Shown: in pieces, positions 1 through 23,828 of the stretch
How positions within the stretch are numbered: position 1 is the first letter of the stretch
Layout: each line of letters opens with the position of its first letter
Origin: Amoebidium appalachense
Taxonomy: Eukaryota > Protista > Ichthyosporea
Direction of reading: 5' to 3'
NCBI GenBank assembly: GCA_963693365.1
Contig: CAVNZM010000012.1
Location: 1,240,001 to 1,304,000, forward strand
DNA: 64,000 nucleotides
Program-made: the position numbers and the translations under genes
Notes under the pieces: model-generated
What the model saw: only the letters and a program-made list of their open reading frames with translations
Told to the model about the DNA's origin: nothing
Database searches by the model: none

Positions 1-418
1 ATTATGGCAAAACTAACGACTGATGTGAAGTAGAGCTCTGATGTCATAACGATGGTACTGACGGCGTTAGACAATAAGAGATAAACTGTCACAAACAATT
101 AAATGATGCCCTTTGAATTGGTGTATATTCTAAACAACGGCCCCAACAAACTGGCATCCCCTTGTCTCAAATGACACCATGCGCTTTACGGCACTATCAT
201 TTCAATCACTAACGGTCGGGATTGGAGGGAAACGGCCTTTTTACATATATGACATTTAAATTTGCACTATAGTTATAATGAGAACAAGAGCAATGACTCC
301 AAGTAAGTGGCTAGGCTCTAAGAATCGAAAGATTGGAGAGAGGGACTAAAAACTCCGAAGAAATGGGCAAAAGACTAATTCCGAGCGCTTAGCTCATTAT
401 AAAAGAGAATATATATCT

Positions 419-457
<39 letters not shown>

Positions 458-496
458 GCCAGTTTTCTTGTCACTATCCTGATGTGGTATTTTCAG

Positions 497-9727
<9,231 letters not shown>

Positions 9728-10225
9728 GTGAATGTCACGTGGCTTTCATTTCTTGATTTTTTTTTTTTTTTTTGATTTTTTTTTTCTAGTTTTATTGGTG
9801 CTATAGCATTAGAAGATGAATATTGAAAGCTGTGTGTACTGTATGCAAATGCATGTGTGTGGACCGAAGTATACCGAATATGTTGATGTGTTCAAAAATC
9901 GAGAATGAGCCCGTATATAACCATGCAAGTAGATAGAAAGAAATAGAACACGGAAACTCGGGCTATGATATGCGTGTGATAGTACGAATTTTGAGCGTGC
10001 AATTTTTTGGTGTATGGGGAACCGAATGATGTGTTTTAGTGTAGGAGAAAAGGCTGGCAAGCTGTTGTATAGACTTACTATATGTATGGAAGCTGGTGGA
10101 ATCGAGTTTGGTTGGTGCCAGAGACATATGTATGTATGTGTGCGTGTGTGCGTGTGTGGGCTCAGGTTAATTGTGTTTTGTTTTTTTGTTTTTGTTTTTT
10201 TGTTTTTTTTTTGGTGTGTGTGTGT

Positions 10226-10257
<32 letters not shown>

Positions 10258-10587
10258 ACAATGCATTTCGGATGGAATGCTGATTCCATAATGTAAAAAT
10301 GAATGTTTTGGTGCTGGGTGGATACGATAAGAATATGTGTTATCATGTTGGTTGATGCTTAAGGGGAGATAAGTGAAGTATAAAAACTGCCTAAGAAAGT
10401 GGATGTGTAGGTCATTGGCTTCATAATATTTTATGTGTTGGCTTTAAAATTTTATCATAGCTGTAGGGTCTTACGTGTGTGCCATGTGTGTTGACAATCC
10501 ACAATAAAGTCATAAATGAATTAATGTCTGTTACGTAGTAAACCACAAAATGGCCGGTGTGTAAATGCGTCCTCTCCCGTCCCCCTC

Positions 10588-10618
<31 letters not shown>

Positions 10619-10656
10619 AAAAAAAAAAAAGAGAGAGAGAGAGAGAGGAAAGAAAA

Positions 10657-10687
<31 letters not shown>

Positions 10688-10897
10688 CACCAACATGCAT
10701 AACACACTCACTTTCTCACGCACTCACTTATCCCTCAATCCAGTGTTTTATTATCAAGTTGTCTTTTTCCGTATATCATAGTTTTTTATCACCTGTCTTA
10801 GAGTATTAAACATTCTATCACCTTCGAAACCTGACCCTACTTGCACATTAATTTCAGATACACATTAGATTTATGATACTGTAAGCGTAGACACCGC

Positions 10898-12389
10898 TCA
10901 CTCTACATTTATAAAATAGTAATACAACCGAATAGTATTACTGCTAACCATTAAAATCTTAAGAACCCCCTCCCTCCGCTTCCCCACCACCAGTCTCTTC
11001 ACCTCCTTTCCAGCCCCAACAGTAACTGACGCTTCACATTCAACCCCCACTCCCCCACCTACTATTACCCTTTTTGGAACCCCCTTTTCCCACACCACCA
11101 CAGCATTTATCCCGCATTTATCCCTTCTCATTCTCTTTCTGTACACTTCACCTATATCATCCAAACGCGGGCTTATAACTGGTAAGCCGGTGATATATCG
11201 CGTTAGTTGCGTGGACGAGTGGTGTGCCCAAAGGGTGAGAAGGGACCATTGTGTGCCGTTGTGTGGGAAATGACAAAAGTTTGCTTGGTGGAACATGTAG
11301 GCGTCAGCACGGTACTCTCTCTCATATGCATGCACATGAACATCAAAAGAAACCAAAAACACAACCCAAATTCGTAAACACATACTGTAATTACCAGTAA
11401 CCCACACATACCTGTTCGTATACCTCGGCACCTTTGGACCCGCACGGAAACATTGCGCAAGATGGAGTGGGTGGATACCAACTGTACGCATCAACTCCAG
11501 CCATATCGGTCAACCCAATACGCTTCCCCTGAGCTATCAAAAGGTTAAGTTTTGTCTCCGCATTCGTACGATTATAAGTCGTCTTGCACTTGAAAGATGT
11601 GCCGTTACACTCCCACGGAGGATTCCAATCAAGATTATTATGAGTAAATGTGTGGCTAACCCAATTAAACTCCCTCGCATATCGTTTTAACGTTGACGCC
11701 AACTCCCCGCCGAAAAATTCACCTTGTTTTGGCCCCTGAGACTCAAACCCCATAGCCACCACACCGGCGCCGTTATATGCAAGTTCAAACCTAAACCTCG
11801 TGCCGTTAGCAAACCCGTATCTAGTAGAAACGGATTTTGCATACGAGGCAGTCTGATTCACGTCGCTTTTGTTCATACGCGCTGCACCTTGACCACGATA
11901 CCTCTGCGTTGACAAAAACACGTCGTCGACGTGAAATTGCGCGAAAATGTTCCTTTTTCCGAGGAAAACCCCCCTCGATACCCACGGTAGCCACACGTTG
12001 ACCAGAGCCGCGTTTAAAAACGTAAACTCCCCGTCCAATTGGTTGAGGGGTAGAGCGGAACCAGCGCTCAGTTGGTGTGCAAATGCGTTAAAGAAAAAAT
12101 GCATCTCCTCCGTTCCTGCAAAGGTGTTGGAAATCACCGCGGCCAGCGGCTGGTTCTGTGAAAGAAGAAAGTATGCTTAAAGGGGGTTTCTTGTTTGTAT
12201 CAGGGCCGGATCGACCCGAATAGGATATATGCAATATGATTGGCTTAAGCATTTGACCCGACCCGAGGACCAAAAAGAGGTGACAATAAATCGGCTTAAA
12301 AGAAATCCCGTCTAAGCAATCGTACCTAACACATTCACCGTGACCCCCCTTTCCCCTCTTCTTCTTCTCTCTCTTTTTTTCTCTCTTTC

Positions 12390-12444
<55 letters not shown>

Positions 12445-12976
12445 CCACACACCCACACACCACCCACCCCACCCACACACCCCACCCCAATCCCCCCCTC
12501 CCCCTCTCCCCCCCCCCCCCCCTCCCTCCCCCGACCCTTTCTCGAGAAATCTACGGCATATGGCTAATATTATCTTTCAAGAGTAAAAAGGGAAGCGTTT
12601 TAAACCTACGATATATATGGCTATCTTTCATGAAGCTTAGAGTAAAGGGGGGAAAGGGGAGAGCCCTCACCTTTTCTGTTGTCCCAATAGTGAATCGCAT
12701 AAGCGGAGTAACAGATCCCATTGAAAGTTTATCTTCAACTGCTGGGGTTGCTGCCTGTAGGGTACTGTTTGCATCCCAGGCACCGTCTGCATTCATGATG
12801 TTGGCATGCAGCCGTGCAGCAGTGATGCTGTCGAACCGTACCTGCACATCATTTAACATCGATCAGAATATAGCTTGTAATATCGTATTTGTTCATTGGC
12901 AATATATTCAATACCGGGGCAGGGAGGGTTCCTAGTGGGAGGCCTGGCCTACTGGCCCAGGAGGCAGGAGGAGCCC

Positions 12977-13021
<45 letters not shown>

Positions 13022-13545
13022 GGGGGGGGGTAAACCAGGGGAGGGGGGGGGGGGGGGGAGACCAGGGGCATACTCGAACCCTTAGGGGAGCTGCACTTTC
13101 TTTCTAATTGGTTTTACTGGTTACTTATTTCAAAGTTGTTTATATCAAGTTTTTTATTATTATTTTTTTTAAAGATTCTTTTCTTTCTTTCTCCCCCCCC
13201 CCCCCCCCCCCCCCCATCCCCCCACCTCCCCCCTCTATTTCTTTCTTTCTTTCTTTCTTTTTCTTCCTTTCTTTATTTAATGATTCTTTTGAAGGGGGGG
13301 GGGGGGGGGGAGGGGGGGAGGATACTCAAACCTTTAGGGGAGCTGCACTTTTATTCTATTTGATTGGTTGCTTATTTCAAAGTTGTTTTTATCAGTTTTT
13401 CTTTAACGAAATTCGTCTTTTCTTTCTTTCTTTCTTTCTTTTTTCCCCTTTCTTTCTTTATTTTTTCCCCTTCTCTTTCCTTTCTTTCTTTCTTTTTTTC
13501 TTTTCTTTTCTGCTCTTTTCTTTTCTTTTTTTTTTTTTTTTCCCC

Positions 13546-13577
<32 letters not shown>

Positions 13578-13923
13578 TTTTTTTTTTCTTTTTCTTTTTC
13601 TTTTCTTTTTCTTTTTTTCTTCTTTTTTTGTGGGAGGAAGGTGGGGGGGGAGAAGGGAAGATCGGATTGGTCACCTTTAAGCCACAGCAGCAACGAGAAG
13701 TGTCACTGACCCGCTTTAAATCTAACAGTGTAAAGTTAACGAAAAAACACCTGTCCGTACAGTGAGGCGAATAATATTGTTGGCGAGAGAAAACAATTTG
13801 TGAAGATAGTATTTGCAATTGCTTGCATGAAAAGTTATGTATCCCGGTCATCCTTCAAGGTCAACATTCATCACCCCCATGGATTACTGGAACTCACACA
13901 CACAAACACACACACACACACGT

Positions 13924-13981
<58 letters not shown>

Positions 13982-14599
13982 ATATTTAGTGTGTGTGTGT
14001 GTGTGCGTGTGTGTGTGTGTGTTTTTGTGCGTGCGTGCGTGTGTGTGTGTGTGTGTGTGTATGTATGAGTATGAGTGAGTATGAGTACATACCTGAAGAT
14101 CCGCCGGAATATTCACCTCGGCATCCTTCACACTCAACATTTCGCTGGGTATTGAACGTAGACACACGATTCTAGTAGAGTATTTGAAAGCAAAATCTCT
14201 CAAGCTCTTCCACTGTTCCACGTTTAGTGTTTTTCGGGACTGAACCACTATGGAATTGTAAAGGGGCTTCTCCTTTTTCCCGCCCCATGCAACTGAAACT
14301 ATGTCAGTCAGGTTTGTTTCATTCGCAATGATTCGTTCGTCGTATTGCGACCCGATTCCATCAAGGACAAGCTTTACAAGACGCAAATCCTCTTCTTTCT
14401 CACCCAAAATAAGTGTTTTGAGTGGGATGGTAAAACTAATACTACTCTGCGTTTGCTAACGTCTTTCTGTTGGTAAAACACGGCGGGGTTTATGGACAGC
14501 TGCTGTTGTCCCCAGGGCGTGCGCAGACGATGTGCACACGTAAAGCAAGAACAAAAGGGCAAATCTTGTGAGCAATGACGTTGAAGTGAGTTGGGACAT
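10898..14599 (-). pseudogene. Agd3-like secreted polysaccharide (galactosaminogalactan-type) deacetylase, apparently disrupted
   Basis: ATG at 14599 begins a signal-peptide-like N-terminus (MSQLTSTSLLTRFALLFLLYVCTSSAHA). Exons: 14599-14093, 12841-12671, 12155-11412, ~11317-10898. Agd3-type motifs WVSRGVFLGKR..HVDDVFL, LAYNGAG, FNWVSHTFTH and DAYMFHQAN are present. There is an in-frame TAG at 14458-14456 and the last acceptor is weak. Pseudogene versus sequencing error is unresolved. Confidence 0.65.
13065..13410. repeat. Diverged tandem duplication inside an intron, each unit following a poly-G tract
   Basis: ATACTC.AACC.TTAGGGGAGCTGCACTTT...CTTATTTCAAAGTTGTTT occurs at ~13070 and ~13322. 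Confidence 0.8.
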
Positions 14600-15631
14600 G
14601 GTACCGGTCGCTTTAAAAACAAAGCCACAACGGGGGATTCAAAAACCACGGTGTCGCTGATTCCTGGCCAGTGCAGCCGGCCAGGGGCAAATATAAATAA
14701 AAACAAAAAATAAATAAAGGTAAAAAGGGGTTCCTAGCATACCATCACTACTGATTATCTCACATTGGGAAAGGGCCTGTTTGACTTTCCAGCAAACCAC
14801 TACCACAGTAATTCAGGAGTTTGTTTGTTTTTCCACAAAATATTGCTATCTAGTTCAGCATTTGTTTGCTTGTTTGCCACTACTAAAGGCTTTCTAGCAA
14901 ACCGTTTCGAGTACATGTTCACTGAACATTTGTTTGTTTTGTTTATAGTTCTTTTTAGCAAGCAATTACGAGTTCAGCATCTGGTTGTTTAACTTTTTGG
15001 TAGTTCTGAAGCAGCATTTGTTGTTAGATTTAACTTTCTAGCTTATCGATAACCATTACTACTAACTAGACTTTGTAAAGTTCAACATTAGTAATAAATA
15101 TTTTTATAGCACCCCAAAATGAACACGTGGCGTCACACTATTTCAAATGAACTGACACGTCCTGACTGCTCTCTCCAGCCGCCGTAAGAAAAATCTACTC
15201 TCGGCTAATGTTCAAACAAAGGAGCCTCGAATTCGGAAAGCCGGATTGCTAACGAGAACATAATAAAAACAAGAGCTACCTCTCTTGCAAGTCCCGATCT
15301 TAGAGTACTTTGTGTGGCACTTTGACAGGTAGTCAGTGTTGCCGATTAAATGCTAACATTAATTGTATTATTTATGTCATTGGTACTCCAGTCCTCGTTA
15401 TCACAATCACAACCACAAAAACATCGCAACCACGTGCACTCGAAGCTCGGACGTTCCTTCTACTAGACAAATGTGCTTGGACTACATAAGGGACCTAGTG
15501 CCGCACAGTGTCGCACACAATGCCGCCCAATGTACTTAAAACACGTATACGTATCAAGTATGTATAACACTGTTGGATAATCCTCTTCTTTCCCCCCTCG
15601 TTCTCCTTCTTTTCTTGAATTCGAAGTGCAA

Positions 15632-15634
<3 letters not shown>

Positions 15635-15675
<41 letters not shown>

Positions 15676-15790
15676 TCTTTTTGGTACGGCTCGATTCGAA
15701 CCCTGCCCGTTTGGTCTAAAAATAGCGATTTTGTGGGTTCAGTGATTAGTCGCCCGCACCAGATCGGAATGTGCGGTGCGAGGCTCACCG
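15635..15790 (-). mobile_element. Possible degenerate SINE-like retroposon
   Basis: The minus strand has a B-box-like GGTTCGAATC (15693-15702 region) followed by a long poly-A tract. No convincing A box or cloverleaf. Confidence 0.25.
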
Positions 15791-16687
15791 CAGCCAGAGA
15801 CTTGCACGTCCGAAAGCTATGTACATACTTATTGCTATTCGTCGTCTAATTCCTAATATTTACTTGCTACATTTAGACTAATATCATGTATGTATTATCA
15901 CCTCTATGGATTTACTATGCTGCTGTCGTCCTCAAATTCCATACAGATCGTGCGAACTTTGTATCAAATTTCTCCTTTGTAAGGACGATATCGATTGGTT
16001 AACAACGAACCCTTCATTAACCAATCACAATCTCGATACGCAAATAATTTTAGCGGGAGATAGTTCAGGATGAATATTCCAAATCCCAAAGCTACTTCGT
16101 TTGGGCTCCTTACGAAAAGCAGAACCATTCGATATGAACTGTATCTTATAACTGTATGTCTGAACACCCAGCTAAACGTTCCTTTACATGTGCCATATGT
16201 TGATTTCGGCAGCGCCGCTGATCAAACGGTTCCACTTGAACAGCTGGGCTGTGTGGCAACAACGTGTACAAAAAGCAACATCAGTGTGCAAACATTAGCC
16301 GTTGCCATCAATGTTGGCTAATTCAGCACCCTGGCCTGGCTGCTATGGTGTCGACCCATAACAGCCGAGCCGTATTTCGTCCGTTGGCTCGCTTCAGAGT
16401 CGTCACACGGTCACACACTCGGTCAAACCTACAGTAGGTGTCACAGCCTCACGGGTGTGTGTCTTACCAGCCCATATATTGTTTATCCAAGGACTTGATA
16501 TTTAGCTAAAAGAAGCATTGCTGTATCTACTTGTGCTTGTCCCAATATCCGATTTCTTTTCCACTTCATGTTGTGGCACTGGCCGGACACAACGTTCCGC
16601 ATTCTCTGAATTGCATATAATAAACTACAAAATGTGTGTATGGGTGGGCTCGTGTGTGCGTGTGTTTGTGTGTGTGTGTGTGTGTGC

Positions 16688-16742
<55 letters not shown>

Positions 16743-16937
16743 TGCGTGCGTGCGTGCGTGCGTGTGTGTGCTTGTGGTGTGCGCGCGTTTTATGTGGTGT
16801 GTGTGTGTGTGTGCCTGTTTGTCTTACGTTTGTGTGTGTGTGCGTGTGTGTTTGTGTGCGTGTGTGTGCGTTTACACATTGCATGTGTGCATGTGCGTGT
16901 GCGTGTGTGTGTGCTTGTGTACAGGTACAACACACTG

Positions 16938-17022
<85 letters not shown>

Positions 17023-17215
17023 CCGTGCGTATTTGTGTGCACGTGTGTGCACGCATTAATATTAAAACACCCCTACTACGGTCAGCATGTTCACAAATTC
17101 AAACACACAAAAACTGGGAGTGTGACGGACGTGCGCACTGGCACAGACTCACTCAGACACACATACCGACACACACATGTGTACACATGTCCACCCCCTC
17201 CCCCCCTCCCCGTGC

Positions 17216-17374
<159 letters not shown>

Positions 17375-17572
17375 GCCTTTCCCTCTGGGCCCCGGAAAAA
17401 AAAAAAAAAACAAGCCAAAAAACCCCCTACAAACTCGTTCTGCTTTTACAGTACTAGCAATACAGATCTAGGAAGGCACGTCATCGTTTCCACCGACCCT
17501 CCCCCCCCCCCGGCCCCGCCCCGCCGTCCCCCCTCCCCCTCCCGGCCCCCTCTTCCTCAAAAACCAACCCCC

Positions 17573-17603
<31 letters not shown>

Positions 17604-18085
17604 AAAAAAAAAAAAAAAAAAACAATCAAACAAGCAAACAAAAAAACAAACTTATTAACCTTTGTCGTTTTCAAAACAAAAATGAATGCATGGCTGAACG
17701 GCTGTGAAAAGTAGCAATCCCATGATTGCCCAGACTGAGCTCGTGCAGGTACACTCCCGCAGGGAGGAATTCACACTCGGCTGGGGACCGGCCCGGAACA
17801 GGAGATTTTAGTTGCTCTACTAAGAATAGACACGACAGTCTGAGTGGTCAAAACATGAATAAATGCAATTGATTTTCTGTTGGCTATACACGCACTTATA
17901 CGAGATATGGTAAGGACGTGATCAGGCGTATGCGGTGATGGCGTCACTAGATGGTATGTGTGGCTTACCCAATAGTTCTATTCTTTTATATTTTTTTTTT
18001 TTTGGGGGGGGGGGGGGGGAGGGGGGGGATAGGTTAGAGATTAGCAAAACCGTTGGAAGCCCTAGGGGTGGTGGAGGAAATAAGG

Positions 18086-18120
<35 letters not shown>

Positions 18121-18492
18121 GTGGGGAAGGTGACGGGTGGAAGGGTATGTGGGTGGGTGGGTGGGTGAGGGGGGTGGCAGGGTATATGTGTAACAATCGA
18201 GGTGCAACCCACCGATTTGATGAATCACATCTACATCACATCTACACTTTTTCAACTCTATGTTTTTTTATTCACAGTGCACCGTTTCACCTCACAGAGG
18301 CTAGCGTCTTCCACTTTGCTCTGCCTATCTTTTCATCTAACACAATCACCTACAAATTCCTGCAATCAACAATATCTCCTAAAACATGCATCTTACTGTA
18401 CATAGCTATACACTATGCGCTTCCGTAGAACAATCAATCACACACATTTTTTTTTTTTTAAAAAAAAAAAAAAAACCAACATTCCACAACGC

Positions 18493-19223
18493 TTAGTTTA
18501 ATGCCATGGTACTCTCCTGCTCATCAGATTCCTGTTCCTGATTGGTCAGTCTCTGGAAAACTACCAACTGTTCCGCCTTAATCGATTCCAGATCATCAGC
18601 CGTATATTTGGGCACCCACACATTGCTTATCGCACCGCAAACCATAACACCTGCACACACAAAAAGCACTACACGCACGCTTGTCTTTTCCATCAGAGGT
18701 GGGAAAGCGTATCCAGCAATACCAGCACCGATTTTCCCGCAAGCCGCGGCGAACCCGTGGCACGTAGACTTAACCTGCGTAGGAAAATACTCTCCAGGAA
18801 TAACATACGTTGTTGTGTTCGGGCCGAAATTGCTGAAGAAATACGTCAGCCCATACAGAATAATAAACAGAGCAGGGATCTCTTGAAGCTGGTGGAACGC
18901 CGCGGCGAGAACCACGTACAAGATGGTGAGGAGGGTAAATCCCATAAGCTGGATGTTCCACCGGCCAATGGTATCCAAGAGGGCCACCGACACCCAGTAG
19001 CCCGGAATAGCCATCAGCACCACATAGAGAGAGTTGAGGGCTTGATCTTCCACAGACGACCCAAGACCCATGGCTCTGTAAGGGGGGAGAAAGGGTGGGT
19101 GGGTGGGTGGGTGGGTGGTGGAGCGGGGAGGGGTTGGGGGGGTGGAGGAGGGGGAGGTGTTAGTTTAGGTTATACAGGCTGATCGTTGGAGGGAAAGGCA
19201 GAGGGGCAGAGGGAACCTTTTTT

Positions 19224-19291
<68 letters not shown>

Positions 19292-21529
19292 GGGAGGGGG
19301 GGGGGGTGGGGAGGGAGGGAAGGGAAGGACTGTAAAAAGATTTGTAAGGGGACAAGGGGGAGGGGGGAGGGGGGGAGGGCGGAAGAAGGGTGGGTGGGTG
19401 GGGGGGGGGGGGGGGGGGGGGAGGAAGAATGAAAGTTAAGGGATTTTTTTGTTTTGTTTTTTGTTTTTTGGAGGTTTTTGAGGGGGCGGGGGGATCGGGC
19501 GGGTATGGCGTGGTGGGAGGGGGGTGGGGGACGGGCAGAATATTGAGAGAGTAACGAGCGGCTGTTATGTAACTTCCTGGGTCACATTCAGGTGGAGAAG
19601 GGAAAAAATAGGATGGGGGGAGGAGACACTCACGCGGTGATGTAGGTGCTGAAAAGCCCATTTCCATAAAAGGCAACATCCAATAGGAACCAGGCGGCGG
19701 CAGTACCCAGCATGGGCCTCCACCACACCTTAACAGCGGCCCTGATATTGCCCCAATGGCTGACTCTTGCTTTCTTGGCCTCCTTAAAGTCATCCGACTC
19801 GTGCATCTTTGCGCGGAACCAGAAAATGGCAATGGGGGGGACGGAGCCGAAGGCTAGAGCAAACCGCCATGTGAACTCATAGCTACAGCCGGCTGCCAAC
19901 AGAATGTTCACAACTCCGGTGGCTAGAAGCTGGCCTAGACCCTGTGGTTATGGGGGGGGGGGGGGAGGAGGAGGAGGGGGGGATGGTTAGATGTGCGGTG
20001 GAAGGTGGAATGGGAGAACGGGGGGAGGGGGGGAGGGGGGTAAGATGCGGGCAGAGGAGCCGGGAGCAGGCTGGGGTGGGGGTGGGGGGGGGGGGGGGGG
20101 GGGGGGGGGGTATGGGTTAAAGATGTGTTCAGTGGTGATCAGAGGGGGGGGGGGGGGGGAGGGAGGAAGGGGATAGGGGGGGGGGGGGGGGGGGGGGGGA
20201 CATGTACCTGCATGGCAAACACAGAAGCCATGACTTTGCCTCTGATCTTGGGACCCGATGCTTCGGCAGCAATGGTGGCAGCTAGGGGGTACTCTCCCCC
20301 TACACCAAACCCGAGAATAAACCGCCACAGAGCAAGCTGCTGGTAAATCCCAAATGTTTCGTTTTCAAATACACAGCCGGAACCTATCCCTCCAACTATA
20401 ATCAAGGTGAGTGTCGTGATGAAAATCACTTTACGCCCGATGTAATCAGCGAATCCTCCGAAGAGAATTTGACCACACACGGCGCCCCAGAGAGCGGTAG
20501 ATGCGACCATCGACTTGTCGGATGCAGTTTGGTGGTAGAGGGTCTTCATAATGGTGAGTACGTTGTTGATGACGAAGAGATCGTAGCTGTGCGGTAATGT
20601 GTGGAGATGGGGGATAGTAGGAGGCTACTGTTACGTATACAGTATGATACTCAGTCTCTCACGCTTGCGCAGGAAACGATTTCTGACAACCAAAGCTGTT
20701 AATGTTACCAGGCTGCATGAGTGAAAATTAACGGGGTAAAAAAAGCGAGGTTGGGGGGCAAATAAAAGGGGAAACATTAAAACAAAATCCCAAGTTGGAT
20801 GTGCAATAGCGAATAGTTTTAAGTACTGATTCGGTCTGCCTACACATGCATATAGGTCATGTGCGTGGTTTAGGCGTAACATGTTTTTGGGGTGTGGATG
20901 TGTGTGGGGTTCCTGTCTTTCTTTCTTCCGTTTCTTCCTTTTCTCTCTTTTTCTTGGGCTAACGTGGGAGGTAGGGGAAGAAGAAGGGGGGGGGGGGGGG
21001 GGGGGGAGAGGGGGGGGGGGGGGGGGGGGTGACATAGGTCAATTCTTCCCTTCCCCGCTTCATTGAAATTGCATGGTCACTTTTGCTTCACCCACCCTTG
21101 GGCACCTCTCTTGCTCAATGCAAAACATCACGAGAAGCATTCTTATATCCACTGGACGGTGAGCGAGTTTGTTTTTTGTATGATTTTTTCGTGGGAGGAA
21201 GGGGGGGGGGGGGGGGGGGAGGGAGGGAGGGGAGGGGAAAAGAAGGACAGAGGAGAGGCAGAGAAAGAGAGAGAGAGAGAGAGAGGGGGGGGGGGGGGGG
21301 GGAGGGGGAGGGGCTAAACTTACGCATCAGCCAGGAAACCCGTTCCCACGATCATAATCTGTCCCAGCATCTTTCTGTTGAAGGTATTCCCAGAGGCTCC
21401 CCCATCCTGGGATTCTGCAAGAGCGCCAATAGCCTTCTCGTCCCCAACATCCTCAAAAATGGAGCTGTCTTTGGTGTTTTTGGGTGTTGATGCCTCTGGG
21501 AGGCCCTCTCTGCTGACCACAACGGACAT
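18493..21529 (-). CDS. Inorganic phosphate:H+ symporter (MFS, PHO84/Pht1 family)
   Basis: Exons 21529-21324, 20586-20208, 19941-19634 and 19075-18493 are phase-consistent and end in TAA. Motifs: GTGFLADAYDLF, GQILFGGFADYIGRK, RFILGFGVGGEYPLAAT, VFAMQGLG, WFLLDVAFYG, PGYW, FSNFGPNTTTYVIPGEYFPT, HGFAAACGKIG. Confidence 0.95.
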
Positions 21530-22766
21530 GTTGTCGTGTCAACCTGGCGGATAAACGTAATGGGTAAAGTGGGAAATGTAGTGGTTGTGTACTGGATGAA
21601 ACTTCGAGGTAAATATGCCCTCTTTTTGTACGAATAATGAAGTAGTGGTAGCGCTAAAGGAGAGAGAGAAAAATAGAAGAAAGAGAAAAACTGTGCACGT
21701 GGGTTGAGGAATATTGAGGAGATGGAGAGCGTGTGTGTGGGATGTAAACGTACACAGAGCCCTGTCGCTTTGTGTGTGTGTGCCTTTTTCCTGTTTGCTT
21801 TTCGAAGCCCTGGCTATGTCGCAATGCAAATGGGGAGGGATTCCCAGGAAACGCCTTTTTATATGTGATGCACGAATAATTTGAGCAAATATGCAAATAT
21901 GATTGGTCACAGACTGAGCCATTAATCCCCCTTGAAAGCTTTAAACAGTGAACCCCTTTGTCGATGTAAATTACATCCCATAAGAAACTTAATTGGATAC
22001 GTAAATCTAGCAATTGATTTGGGGTGTCAAAACAAACGAGAATCTGGCGTGACAGGCCCTAATATTAGTGCGTTTTCCTTATATTCAAGGTGGCCTATTA
22101 TTATTATGATATTAGCAATTCCTGCAAAAAAAAATAAATAAATAATAATAACTCTTTGTGTATTATAATTTTCTGCCTCTTGTGAACCAATCTGCCGTCG
22201 TTATTTGGTCTCAGTTCTCGTGAACGTGCGCACTAGTTTATGACATAAATTCCTGCCTCCGTCCGACCGTCCTGCCCAACCAAACGAACGCTGGTGCAAC
22301 GTGGGATGGCGAAAAGACACGCATCGGACGCATGCTTGGCTGAGGTATGTGTTTTGATAATGGATGTAATAAGTGGGGAATTCACCTTTTTTTTATATCG
22401 AGTCGAGCGGGATGAGTATGTATGCCCACGTGCACGTGAGCCCGTTGCCTCTTCGAAGCCGTGATCATCATGTGCCGGGGCCCGGCACCTCAGAGGCTCA
22501 GGCCGCGGATGATGCATGGTGATTTCATGATGCACACTGTGCACGTATTCATTTACCTACCACCTACTGAGGCGGTGTCTCCTTTCTTTCTTTCTTTTTT
22601 TTTTTTTTTTTTTTTTACTTAAAAGGGACGCCTGAGTAGATGTTAAAACGTCGCACGTGCGGCAACACGTCAGTACGTGTTAGTTCATTTACATAATGTC
22701 ACTGTGTAGGGAACTCCTGTGGAGAAGCAGCTCGGACGGTTCTTCTCGTGCAACATTTGTGTACAC

Positions 22767-22878
<112 letters not shown>

Positions 22879-23336
22879 GTGTGTGTGAGCACATGTGTGT
22901 GCTGTGTGACCTAAGTGTGTGTGTCTACTGGTACACGTGTGTGTGTACAGTGTACACGTGTGCATGTGTGTGCATGTGTGTGTGTGTGTGTGTGTGTATG
23001 AGTGCCGTGTGTGCATGCATATGGTGTGTACACGTGTGTGTGTGTGCGTGTGAATTTCTGTTGGAGAGAGAGCGTGTATGACGTGTTTCTGTATACGTGT
23101 CCGTGCGTGTGTGTGTGTGTACACAGTGTCACGTGAGTGTGTGAGACTTAGTGTGTGTACACGTGTGACACTGTGTGCGTGTGGGAGCTGAGCTGTTCGA
23201 GAAAGGGGGGTGGGGATCGGAGAGAGGGAGAAAGAGCATGTGTGAGCGTAACGGCGGGCAGGACGTTGTGTGGGACACAGTGTGTGGTGGGTACATAGTG
23301 TGACATTGTATCTTTAATATATTACCTGTGAGCTGA

Positions 23337-23415
<79 letters not shown>

Positions 23416-23416
23416 A

Positions 23417-23481
<65 letters not shown>

Positions 23482-23783
23482 TGTGTGTGCGTGTGCGTGT
23501 GTGTGTGTGCGTGTGCGTGTGCGTGTGCGTGTGTGTGTGTGTGTCACGGTGCCACGGTGTGTGTGTAATGCTGTGTGCATACATGGAGGTCTCCTCCCCC
23601 TCCTCCCCCCCCCCCTCCCCCCCCCTCCCCCCCCTCCCCCCCCCCCCCCCCCCCCCCGCGGCCCCCATCGTTTGGTCCACCATATGCATGCTGGCCATAC
23701 TACTGGATCACTGAATTCCAACATGGATTCCAGTTGGTACACGGCGTGTCAGTGATTTTTTTTATTTATTATTTTTTTTATTC

Positions 23784-23828
<45 letters not shown>

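Noticed and set aside
14456-14458. Genome-wide TAG codon reassignment
   Set aside because: There is only one in-frame TAG among six genes, and TSR2 terminates at TAG right after its conserved C-terminal motif.
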